Shown one piece after another: positions 11,664-23,700 of a stretch of DNA of 64,000 nt. The notes under the pieces are model-generated. The model ran no database searches. It was not told the DNA's origin and was given only the letters and a program-made list of their open reading frames with translations. Made by a program: the position numbers and the translations under genes. The stretch's first letter is position 1, and the number at the start of each line of letters is the position of its first letter. The stretch lies in the NCBI GenBank assembly GCA_964019335.1, contig OZ025676.1:496001-560000 (forward strand), in the 5' to 3' direction. This DNA is from Diplonema japonicum. Taxonomy: Eukaryota > Protista > Euglenozoa: Diplonemea.

Positions 11664-14600
11664 TTAATCAACGCACGTTACGCGTATTGATCCTTGCGTG
11701 CAGTCTACCCAGTTCCCGTAGCTTACAACATGTTTCCATATCTGTTATAGTTTTTATTATTTTTTTTTATTACTGTAAAACAAAAATCACCGGAAGATAA
11801 AATGTCCGGAAGATGAAATATCCGGAAGCTCTGGCGGTCCGGATATTTTTTCGGTTCCCTTCTTCCACATACTTGTAGCCTCCTCATAGACCACTTTTTT
11901 ATACTTGGTCTTGATTGTCGCCTTCATTGAGGCGCTCAGTCCTATGTCCAGGGCTGGCACAAATAGGTGAGGCCTGGAGGGACAAACGCTAAGTGAACGT
12001 TTGTTTCTAAAAACAAGTTCACAAAATCATCCGTAGTGTGGCCATTGTAGTCATCTAGGATGAGCAAGATGGGCTCGTTGGGTGCCCAGCCCGATGACTT
12101 AATTAGTTTATAGCAACAGGGTAGAAAGACACGTTTTACCCGGAGCTGAAGCGTTTCTTGGGTAGCCCAGTGAGATTTCGAAGCTGTTAAACTCCAGCCT
12201 TTTTTTGGGGGGGGGGTGCAACACGAGGGACGGACCCGGGGTATTTCCTGCAGCTGGTTCTGTTTTTCCTGTGTAAATGAGGCTGAAAAGGCCAAAATAG
12301 GCCGCTACGCAGCCAGCCATGGTACCACGGCGGCCCAGGGCTGGTACCGCGTGAAGGAAGACATCACGGTGCCAACGTCCAGTATATCAGACTGGGAACA
12401 CCGCTTTGGTATGCTCCAAGGTCTATCCCCGTCGCACCCGTTACTGCGGGTCGCAATTAGTCATATTTTTGCCATTTTTAAGACTCCTGCAACAGAAACA
12501 TAAGTTTTTCCAGAGAAACATGCAGCAGACAGGGGGAGGGGACAGTGCGTAGGACAGGCTTGGTACCCCCTTGAAAAGTGCCCCAAAAAGATGTCCGGAA
12601 GATAAAATGCCCGGAAGAAAAAATCACCGGATGTTTCGGCGGTCCGGGTATTTTATCTTCCGGTGGATTTTTGTTTTACAGTATTTTTTTTTATATTTTA
12701 AACACACACCTGCACCCGTTGTGGCGCCAGCAGCAAAGAATGGTCATCAACTGCACTGTGGATGTACCCCATATTTTGATCCATTTTATCCTTCTCCCCA
12801 AACATCAACTGTTGCTGGTCGGTCGTGAACAACCTCTTCGTCCCTGACTCCCAGACAGGGTACTCTGCATGAGTCTCCTGGCTCAACAAGTACGTCCCCT
12901 GCCTATCACTAATGTCTGTCTCTACCTCGAGCTTTTGAGGGACCTGTGCGTAAGTGTCATTTTTTTTTTTTTTTTTTTTCCCAGCTACTATACCAGCTTC
13001 TGCCTTCTTAGCCTCTCCCCGACTCCTTCTACTTCACTGCGGTCTACTGATTCACAGTGCTGATCCAACTGGGGGTGAGGTTTGAAAACAAAAAAAAAAA
13101 AACACCCTTCCTTTTTACATACCATCAGCACCGTGTCTAAGTTCTTCTCGCAGTCCTTCAGGTTGTTCAGGCTCTGGAAGCACCTTGCAAGGACAAGGTA
13201 CAACGGTGCCTGAACTTCGCAATGCTCGAGCGCTTCAGTGGCACACGGGATACACCTTTCAGGGTTGCTCTGAGACAGATGCCTCAGGATCGTCTCCACG
13301 ACGACCTGGTCGCCGTACAATCCTGGGAGCAGGGAGGTTAAGATGTTAAGCTTCCTGGCGAACGAAGCACGAGAGAGTCTTGTGTAGTTGTGGATGGAGG
13401 TGATGTCTGTGAGGAGCTGCTTGGCGGTAGCGTAGATGTCGGCGGGGGGCGGCGGGAAAGGTTTTTTATCGATGGAATGAACGGTGATGAGATACAGAAG
13501 AGGTGTCTTGCAGTCTGGGAGGAGCTTCGACGCCGTGACGCTGTTGAACAGGATTTCAATTTCCTCCGAACACCCTGCAAGGCTGCAGAGAATGTCATGA
13601 AGAGGCTCAAAATGCACAGAGGTCTCACCTATGACAACCTGCATACGGTCGCAGTTCACGAGCGTGCCATCGCAGTGGTGCAACTTGTACGTCATATCAA
13701 CAACGTCACCTTCCCGCACATTGGTGTGCTCTACAGATGGCTTGGTGCATCGGAAGTTCACTTCTTCAGCAGCCCACTCCGCTACGTCCATCACAAATAC
13801 TTTGTAATGTAGTGTTGCGTTTGGTGGTACACCCAACCGAGGGCGGCCTTCCTCTTTAAACCCGTAGTCAGGGTGCACCGTCAGCATGAAGATGTCGCCC
13901 TTGCAGGCGTCAAGGAGCGCTCTGTGAATCCCGTCGCACATCCATTCGCAGTTGTCCACTCTTAGATTCAAACTGCACTCTTCTTCATGCATCAGCATGT
14001 CTCCTCCAACAGAGAGTGATACCTGCACCCTCATTTTCAACGGGAAAAACTCCCGTCCCCTGGCGACCTCCTCGACGAAGCGTGCCATTACCTTCCCGGT
14101 TTTCATTGGTGTCAGGTCCACGCCTGTGATGGCCATGGGGTCGACCCGTGGTCGGTCTGCAGGCGACTTGAAGATATCCCCCACGACAGCCTCCTCGATG
14201 TCCTTTCTGATGTAAAACAAAAGATACGTGTGCGACGGGACGATGTCCTCATCAATGCTGCCCACCCTCGCCACCAGCTGGTCGTCGTATCTGTACCATG
14301 CATTCTCACGGGGATTCCGCACGTGAGCGAAGTAGTGCCCGTACTGCAACGTTGTGCCCTGGTGGGACACGACGGAATGCAGCGTGTAGGGAGGAGGGTC
14401 GCGCACTGCCAACTGGGAGTGCTCCTGCGGCGGTAACGGTGTTTTACTGCAGTTTTGCAAACGTGTGACATCCTTACAAATGCTGCTAGCCTCTTCAGCC
14501 GAAAAGCCCTTCTGCACCAAAAACTTCACGATCTGCTCTTCAGGCTCGAAGAACAAGTCCCTCGGATCCACGCCGGCAAGTTTCTTTTCAAGCTTAGCCC

Positions 14601-17600
14601 TCAAAGGCGCAGGGCTTGCCTCCGCCATGAATTCCTTGAGTTCGAGGCTGTCGACAGGGAACGTCACGGGATTCTGCAGCTTGTCGTAAAGGTCTTTGAA
14701 TCGCTTCACTTGAAACATCAGCACAGGCGGTGCTCGCCACAGTTTAGTCGTCCGCTCCTTCTTCGTTTCCCCTTTGCAGACACCGCAGTGCGAGGGGTGT
14801 GCGTCGATACTGGGTGAGTTGTTGTCGTGCAGAGATGACAGCAGTGTCAAAGGGTCCGACATGTCTGCAGCGGTGCTGGGGTGGTTCTCAACACTTTTGA
14901 TGTAGCCTGACTTGAGCTCTTCGTTCTGCAGCAATGACAAAGGCCAATCGACAGCTATGACATCGCCCCTGCGTAGATCCACAGGGTCGTTCATCTTTTT
15001 CGCCGTGCCCATGCACCCATGGCAACCTTTGTACCACGGGCACACCCCACAACCCCTCCCTTCCTCATCGACCTTGCTGAGCACGAAAGGCTTCCCGTCT
15101 GTGTCACTCCCGTAGTCCGAGACCATCCATCGCACCATATCCCAGCAGTGGTTCATGATTTCCTCAAGCGTGGCCTGCGAAGGGAGCATGAGCACGTGCG
15201 CAAAGTTGAATAATCGACTCGGAGGAGGTACATGGCGGTCCATAGGCAGTTGAATAGACCGATGCACCACTGTCACCATGACTGAACCTGCTTTGGGTTC
15301 CATTGATGCAAAGGCGATGTAATTGGCTTGAAGGTCAAGCGTTTCCGGAGGAGAGACAAGGGACAAGATGGACGGGATGGGGTGCATCTGTCCTATTTGT
15401 AAACCCTCCCGCGACAGTCCTAGGAGGTCAGCGACGGCGGTGATGAGGTCGGCCACTTTGGGCGGGGGTTCGAGGGGGATCTTGACCTGGATTCGAAGGG
15501 CAGGTTGATGCTGCCATACGACCTTCACCCGCATAGCGTGGCTTTTGTTTGACAGAGGAAGAATGACGTGACCGAAGACAGGGAAGTCACGGTTCATTGT
15601 CCCGCACTCGAGACATTTAATGGACACTTTCTCTTGCCCGCTGAACAATGCGGTGATAATAGAATCGTCCCGCCGCCATGGGACCGCCCATCGCTCGTCA
15701 GCGACATCATCGTCCTCTCGTTCCTCGAGGGCATCCCTAACCGCCACGAAGGGCTTCTTCATTACCCTGTTCAGGTCGTCAGACAAACCCTGCAGCATGA
15801 ACCCGAGGAATTCTTGCGCGTCTTGTTGATGCATGCTGCTGAATTGAGCACGGAACTCACCAACAAGCTTTTTGAAACGAAAGGGCGAATAAGAAGAACT
15901 GCCGTGAGACCACAGTGACACGAGGAGGTCGTAGAAGCTCATGGCAAGCCTGCCATTCATCCCATCGTATGACGCAGATTGTAAATTGATGTCATGAAGA
16001 AACCGTCTTGAGAGGAAATACTCACGGATGAGGGGTATGTGCGCAAGGCATTGCAGCGCGGAGTTCATGTAACATGTGTTGCCGATGTTGCCAAGACCGA
16101 CTTTACCGGATGGAGGAGAGGGGACATGCAGGGAGCTGGCTGGAACAGTGAGCACCTCACCTGTTTCGAGCTCGATTTCTACATTATCATCACACATAGT
16201 TGTGTGGTGAATGAGACACGCAAGAGGCCGTCCCTCTGTTTTCAACAAACCGGACGTAACTATCGGCGTCGGCGGATCTTCCTCGACAGCTTCGTCACAA
16301 ACCTCCATTTCAACATCATGTGTCGCAGGCATCGCAGGCAGGGAATCGTCCACACTTTCTTGCTGCGATCGTTGCTGAACGACCTCTTGCAAAGGGTTGT
16401 GAAGAAAGTAGTCATTCCTCAACAAGAAGAGCTTCCCTTCCGTCCCAACGATGTCGCCAACATCCTCGTCGATCTCTTTCAAATAGCACGGCAAGTAGTA
16501 ACACTGAGAATACGGGTTCGGCACAAGCACGTTGCTGATGCGGTCTTTGAACCCTTTGGAAGCAAATGTTCCGAATGGTATTTTCCATTCTATTCTCATA
16601 ACTTGCCCGATTCGTGTTACAAACGTTCTGAAAATCTTATCTAAGTTGTAAGAAGACTCGGAAAAGGCAATGTACGAAGGATCTAAGACCTCGGTGAGAG
16701 AAACCCCAGCCTCCGGATAGGAAGGAGGGGGCAGTTGGTTTGGATACGTAATGTTTGTGAACGAGTGCATCGTCTCGATGTTTCTTCGCGACATGAACCC
16801 GTCCTTCCCGAATATAGAGAAACACAGCTCGATCCTCACCTTCGGATCGGGAGAAAAACATTTGCTGAGAAACCCCACGAAGAAATGGAACGGGACAACA
16901 CCGTCTAGTTCCATAGCCCCAAACACCCTGTCGAGCAGCCCGCCCTCCATGCCAGGCAGCGAGTATGCAAACGCACCCTTACAAACAACCTCCAACATGG
17001 AATCCCGTAAAGTAAAAAACACATCCTGCAAGTTCAAGATCACATCCCGGCTCAGCCACGTGCTCTTTCCTATTTCTTCCCGATATCTCTTCCACCGTGT
17101 CTCGACAGGGAGAAGAGAATCGCACACATCAACGTGGCGACGTGACAGATGGCCATCGACACCACAGTACTTCCCAATATGGTGGATCCAGCACACAACA
17201 GGGCTATCTATGCGTTGCTTCGCCCATATTAAAAACTCGTCTGCGGTCATGTCCCCAGTGGTTTGTTCTTTATCTGCCTCACAGACGCCCGACATTTTGT
17301 ACACTGTGTCCATGCTGACAGTCAAGCTGTCCTCGGAATAGATTTCAAAGAGGAGTTCGTGCCGGTCGTCGACACTTCCACTCCTCAGGGCGCACAAAAT
17401 GCCTTCGTAGAGCCGCTCTTCCTCCGACCCCGAAAAGGTGCATGTTCTCGCAAACGCCCTCATCATCAGCCCCCTCAACTCCTCCGGTATCAATGGGAAG
17501 CACATTAAAACCACGCGCCCCAGATCCCGCTCATCCCCAATCGTCTCCGCCGCAACCTCGTCTTCATTTTCTTCTTCCCATATTCGTGTCTTGCTCGTGC

Positions 17601-17610
17601 TGCTTCCCAT
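11664..17610 (-). CDS. USP32-like ubiquitin C-terminal hydrolase with N-myristoylation/EF-hand-like N-terminus and C-terminal FKBP-like and TPR-like domains (4 exons)
   Basis: MGSSTSK start. Cys box GLGNIGNTCYMNSALQCL, QQDAQEFL, His box VVSHQG..GHYFAHV..WYRYDD. FKBP motif VHPDYGF..GVPPNATLHYKV. Introns 13069-13122, 12944-12993 and 11742-12709 (contains a transposon) give a frame ending TCVD* at 11664. Confidence 0.88.
11773..12681 (-). mobile_element. Degenerate pogo/Tc1-mariner superfamily DNA transposon (909 bp)
   Basis: ~31-bp TIRs CTGTAAAACAAAAATC(C)ACCGGAAGATAAAAT, TA on both flanks, subterminal CCGGAAGA repeats. DDE_1 remnant ILLILDDYNGH..FVPPGLTYLCQP on the minus strand (11942-12200). 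Confidence 0.9.
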
Positions 17611-17706
17611 CCTGAAATGCGTCGTTTACGTTTACAGAATAATTATAATAAATAAAAATGTAAACTGAAAAAAAAAAGAAAAAGAAATCACCTTGTAAAA
17701 GGTGTC

Positions 17707-20700
17707 TCATAACAGTATAACCAACACCACCGCCCCGTACAATACGATCACGTTGCAGCCGACCGTTGTCCCGCGATCGATTTCTACAAACTCGAACGAT
17801 TGTGTGATAGTTGAGGTAGTCTCCGGTGGGGGCTGTGGAAGAGCCACCGAGGAAACGATGGACCCAAGTTTGAGCTTGGAGTAAAACAGCCTCAAAGTGT
17901 TATAGACCGGGGAAGTGTTGTCGGTGAGGGAAGTGGTGATGTTAGCAAGGACAGCCTGTGCCGAGGAAGGCGACGATTTGTTCCCTGCACGAACCTCGAA
18001 CTCGACGACGGGGAACAGCGTGGCGGAGAGGATAGTTGCTTGGTGTCCCTGTGTTGTTACGCTTGGCTGCCTGCATTTGGAATATTGCGTTTTATAGACG
18101 TCTTTCACACCCCCGTTCGTAGCCTCGTGCTGAGACAGCAAGCATATCCACAGAATTACAACATCCCCATCTTGCACCCCCCGCACACCGATTTCTTGGC
18201 ATTCGCAGTTCGGGTTCTTAGTTTTCCCGTCTTTTCCTATCAACATCTCACACGAGGTTCGTTCTACGAACGGCTTCTCTCCCTCGTCCAGCACCCTGCA
18301 GCTGCTTCTCACCTTCAAGCCTTGCGTGATGACCTTTTGCAGTTCTGTCGGGGGGTGCAACTTGTACAGCTCCTCCATCGACCCTGCAAGGATTCCCAAT
18401 GTGAGGTTCACTGTCGGCCACACAACAGGCCCCCTTTCAGGAACTGGCGTAGGGACAAGGTTGAACGGCTCCATTACATCCAACACCTCTGTTTCGAGGT
18501 ACAGGGTGTTGCAGATGCCTTCAGGATCGTCCTCTGGGGGCATTGAGCACCTGAATGACAAGACTGTCGTGCTGCACGGCAGGCCGAAGACTGCATCCCG
18601 AAAGGCCGCCCTGCCATCCCATACCGGTGCAGTGTTCCAATTCGCGCTTCGCGTGATGTTGCCGTTTTCCCACTTCGCAAGGAGGGGTTGTACCCCCTCT
18701 GAACCCACACACAGTGCAGATATCACAATAGCAGCACCTCTCAGCATCGACACAGGAACGCCTGACTCATCAGCAATCCACACATCAATGCTGAAAGTGA
18801 AGGGGTGGTTGGGCATACTCATCCAGTGTCTGGGTAGGATCTTACTCTTCTCCTGCTCCGTCATGTTCATTGCACCCACGCCGCCTGCGGTTTGCCTCTT
18901 GAAAACGCCCTTCGGGAAGGTGCAGACGGAGCGTCCCGTTCCCGAACACACTGCACCGACGCCCTTGAGCTCCAAGCGCTTGCTTTTGCTGAATGTTATC
19001 GAGAATCGGAACGGCCTGACATCTTCAGCGACGAGCACCACATGCTGGCTGCCCCCATGGGGGTATATGATGTCGCGGAACCATCCTGTGCCGTTGGCAA
19101 GATGCAGTACCTGCCCATGTGGGATGATCCACGGGTGGACCGTGCATGGAGGCGGACTCACCCACTCGCACCTCTCCAAGCAGGACGACAAGAGCGTCGG
19201 CATGTCGCCGTTCTTGCACGGAATGTCTGATGGTGTGAAGCTGATCTTGAGGTCTGATCCATAACCCTCACCTGCCACGATGGGCACATTCCCATTTCCG
19301 TCCGTGGCTGTTACAAACAAGGAAAACGGCCCACCTGCTAGACCTTGCGACACGCTGCCTTCCTGTAAGGCCATCATGGGCCCACCCACTTGTGACTGCA
19401 TCTCAACTATCAGTTGATTTACAACCACAACTACGAATATAGGACCCACTGGTTCCAGCACCAAGTGCACGTAGGGCTCCAAAGTATCTTGTATCACAGT
19501 AATCTCTAACCACAGTGGATTGTGGTTAGTCAGCGAAGCAGGTTCCCTCCGTGGAGCTTCGATGCTGCACGGCTCGTTTGCCCACACCGTCCTGGTGCAG
19601 GGTGTCGTGTCTATACACGTCTCCAACTCTGGTACAGTACACAGCCTACCCCGCTGCCTTAAACACAGCCGTCTGGCTTCTTCAAGGTTGAGGGTGCTGC
19701 TGCACACCTCCGCAGCAATGTACACCACACAGTTTTTCACCACAAGACTGGGGTCATTCTTGCAGCACACGACGCTGTGCGTCTCACTCACAGGTGCGCA
19801 AGCAGCTTCGCCTGTTGCGGGGTCATATACTGCCTCACCTGCCGGTGGAACCGTTTGGTTCTTCCACACGATGCCTTTTGTAGGGGTGGAAGGGGTCCAC
19901 TCGATGTGTATGAACCCTTGCTCAGCAGTGACCTCCTGTGTAGGGATAAAAAAGGGTGCGGATTCAGAAAGCACGTCAGGTACTGAGGTGATGCTGACAC
20001 GCGTAACGTGGTCACCTTTCACAAGGAGCTTGTCTTCGTCAACCACACCAACCTCGAGGGCGAACACTTTGCTTGTTCCTGCTGCCCAATCGCCTGACTT
20101 CGTTCTGTAGTTCATTCCCTTGAACACACTGGACCGCCCGTGGTACGTGTGCACAACGACCACAGCGCTCGCAGTTGTCTGAAGTTGCACCTTGAGCCCG
20201 GCAGTCAGCTGTGTGTCGGAGGGTATCCCTTTGATGCTGTCGATCGAGCAGACTTCTGTGTCGTTGCTGAAGATGCCGAAAAAAGACATGACACCCGACG
20301 CCATAGAGGGGTTCCCGTTGTTAAACACATCGAAGCAGCCAGCGGGTGTCGTGGTAATGGCGGCGGCTTCAACTGCGTATTTTGGGAAGTGTTGATTTAG
20401 TTCAAAATCATCGTCAACGCACAGCAGAGATATCCGAACCTGCCGCCCTGCAACAGCCCATGCAGTCATGTACGCGCCAGCAGCATTGTAATACACATCT
20501 GTGTCCACAGCCACGTTGCTGGTGTTGCCCCACACAAATTGTGTCACCATGAACGGGTTTATTTTCAGTGACAGCACCGCAGCCCCGTACACAGCATGGC
20601 GCACTGTTATCTGACAAGGCCCGTCGCCTTCGATGATGCGGAGTTCTAACCGCACGGCGCCGTTCTCCAAGAACTCTCCTCTACGCTTTCCGAAACCATC

Positions 20701-23700
20701 CCCTTCGAAAGCGCCCTTGCACAACTCCACCCACACGAAGCCCTCTCCAGAGCTGGCAGAGAACCATGCAGTGCTCCCGTTGACCTGCCCAATGGACCAG
20801 ATATCCACAAAGAACTGTTCTTGAAGCGTCACCTCGTACGCTGCAGTGGGGTCGGGGCGCACAACGGCCAGGTGCGTGGCGTTGGGTGTGATCCTGATGT
20901 GCGGTTCCTTGCCGTCCCACGTTGTGCTTTCCAAAATATCGTCCTCGTAGAGGAAGTTCAGGTCAACGTTGGACAGCACACCAGTCACGTTGAGCAGCAG
21001 CCATGGCTGCCGAGTCGCACTGTCCATGAACGTGCCATCCTTCAGGTACCCCTTGTTGGCATCAATGAGTGCGTCACCCCGCAGGACCACTACGTTTGTC
21101 CACCCGGTATTATTGATGACAGAAGGGCTAGGGGTGCCGTGCGGCAGCCATGGTTTGAACGGTTCCGAGTGAACGGTGTGTTCGTAGCTTCTGCGCCATT
21201 GAAGGAGAGAAGGCCCTCCGATCAGGTATGAGCGGTCCCCTAGATCGTCGGCTGCGTAGGTTTCTAGCTTAAATAGATGCGAGGTCCCGAGCCCTGCCAG
21301 CTTGAGATCGAAAGAGGCCCCCGACACAACAGCAATGTGTGATGGCTCTGTCGCGACAGTGTGCTCACAGGACACATCTGCAATGGAGAAGCCACACGCG
21401 TAGCACGCTCTGCTGTATTCAAAACGCGGGATGGCCACGCCAGGAACCACCTCGTTGATGTTTCGCGAACCAGACGGCACATTCGTTATCTTCATGACCC
21501 CTCCGCCTCCATTCCCCACCCATGGTACCAGAGAGGTGTTTACATGCACGCTCTGAACACCAACATCCCCGTATCCCCACGAAGGGTAGCCGTATGCATC
21601 CACTTTCCACACAGGTATCGCAAATGGTCTCCTCCTGTAGTACAGCCTGATAAAAGGGGGTTGCACAGCGTAGCGAACACCGCATGTCTTAACATTGAAC
21701 CGCACCACTTCGTGCACACCGTGTGCGTCGACGTGCCTCATGGGGAACACCGACCTAGTGATGCTGGGTGTTTTAACAATGGTTTCCACCCACACCTCAC
21801 AGCCAACGCAGGGGCGTGTGAAGTGGAAATCGATGCTGATCGTTCCTGTGAACTCTTTTATGACTGAGAAAGCAGTGCCGCCGCTAGCCACAGCATCCTC
21901 TACTCCAGGACACAGCACTCTTCTGTTCTTGAAGTCTTTCGTTCTCCCGAAGAAACCGCCATACGCGTACTTCAGATCTTGGCTAGACCATTGTGTTAGC
22001 GCAGAGGGTTCTTGGTGTACATGCAACAACACTGCAGACAAAGCACTTGCACCGAATAGCCAACTTAAGTTCCCGTAGGACTTTGCGCTACTGAGCTCCA
22101 AATGGAGGTTCTCTCCAGGTGTGATGACACTGTAGTCTGGGTACGTCTGGCTAGTCACCACAGCCACAGAAGCCGCAACAGGTCTGACCGAAAACGGCTT
22201 CGTCACAATTGATCTGCCGCCCAGCTTAGGGAGGGAACCCTGGGCATCAGGTACCAGACAGTTTCCTCTTGGTTCCGCCTGGTAGCACAACGAAAATGAC
22301 AAGACACACCGTTCACAAGGTTCGCTGAAGTTCAACCACACGTTGGCAATGCCGACCCGTGTCAGCACCCCGTAGGGTTCCTCTGTGAACCCAGTGTACT
22401 CGTCGTATGTGCCAGTTGTGTTTGTCAGACTCAGCACTTTCAGCGTCCCGCCATCCCCGCACCCGAGGACGCTGTACTTCTGCACCTGGACCCTGGTAGG
22501 CGGGTAGCTCAAAGCAATGTCGCCTTCAGCAGATTCCACAACAGCAGAAAAAAGAAACGGTTGGCCGACCATGGGACCATCTGTGGCAGACGTGTACCGC
22601 ATCCCTGTACCAGGGTGCTTTTTGAAGGTTTTATAACCAGTTTCCACAGCTGCGAACCGTGTGCTCTCTGTAGCACATCCAAACTCGGTGACGGCCTCTT
22701 CTTGCACCACCAGGGACGCGGGCTCTCTCACAGGATGTCCCCATGTGTAGGCCAGAGTTGTTACTGATGCAAAGCCTGGTGCTGAGATCACAAACTCGTT
22801 TGTCAAGTCCCAGTTGGCACCCGTGGTAGATATAACAAGGTGGCTGCGTTCCCTGGTCAGCCGGTCGTACTCTTCGGCTGGCATTATTTCTTTTTGGAGG
22901 GACGTGTGGAGTTCTTGGCCTGCTTGTGTCACGTTGTATTCAACAGTGGTGTAGTAATCTACAGTGCGAGCAGAGTTCAGCTCTTCCCACGGCATGACGC
23001 TGAAGTGTATTGTCGTGTTGCAGGCGTACAGAGTGAGTCCATGAACTGTGTCGCCCGACGAACTGACTTTATTTGTCTGCGTCAAGGTGATGCCCCGCTT
23101 TGTCTTTGCCGACACAGTGAACAGTTGCACAGTGATGCAGGGCTCCATCAGATTGTCCGCCAACACGGGGACTCCGAACTCTGTCCTCACCACAGAGCAA
23201 ACCCTCACCCTGCAGTCTTGGCATAATCTTGGTGATATATGCTTGAACGTGATGAGCCCCATCCAAGGAAGCACCTGCGGCGTAGCAGTGACGTTCACGA
23301 TGATCGATCCGTAGGAGATCCCTCGTGCTGACTCCAAGGCCACCTTCGCACCGCTGCTGTCCAGATCGCCTAACAGCCCTTGCGGCCCATCCACCAGAAC
23401 AGTGAAGTTCTGGTTGCTAACTTGATACTCGCGTGATGCATTTCGCAACAGCGTGAAAAGGATGGACACTTCGCTCGAGCTGTCGGCATCCCATTTAACA
23501 GCTTGGTGCGTACTGTTTGTCTTGACAACAGTGCCGCCCAGAACCCTACTGACAGATATATAAGGCCGGTCTTGCACGGCCCGCTCACTGACTTCAACAG
23601 TGACGTTCGCAGGCAACCATTGCCTCGATAGCTTTGTGGCCAGCATGCGCGGGTCTTGGAGTGCAGAGATGCTGAACGTGTACGTAACATTGGGTTGCGC

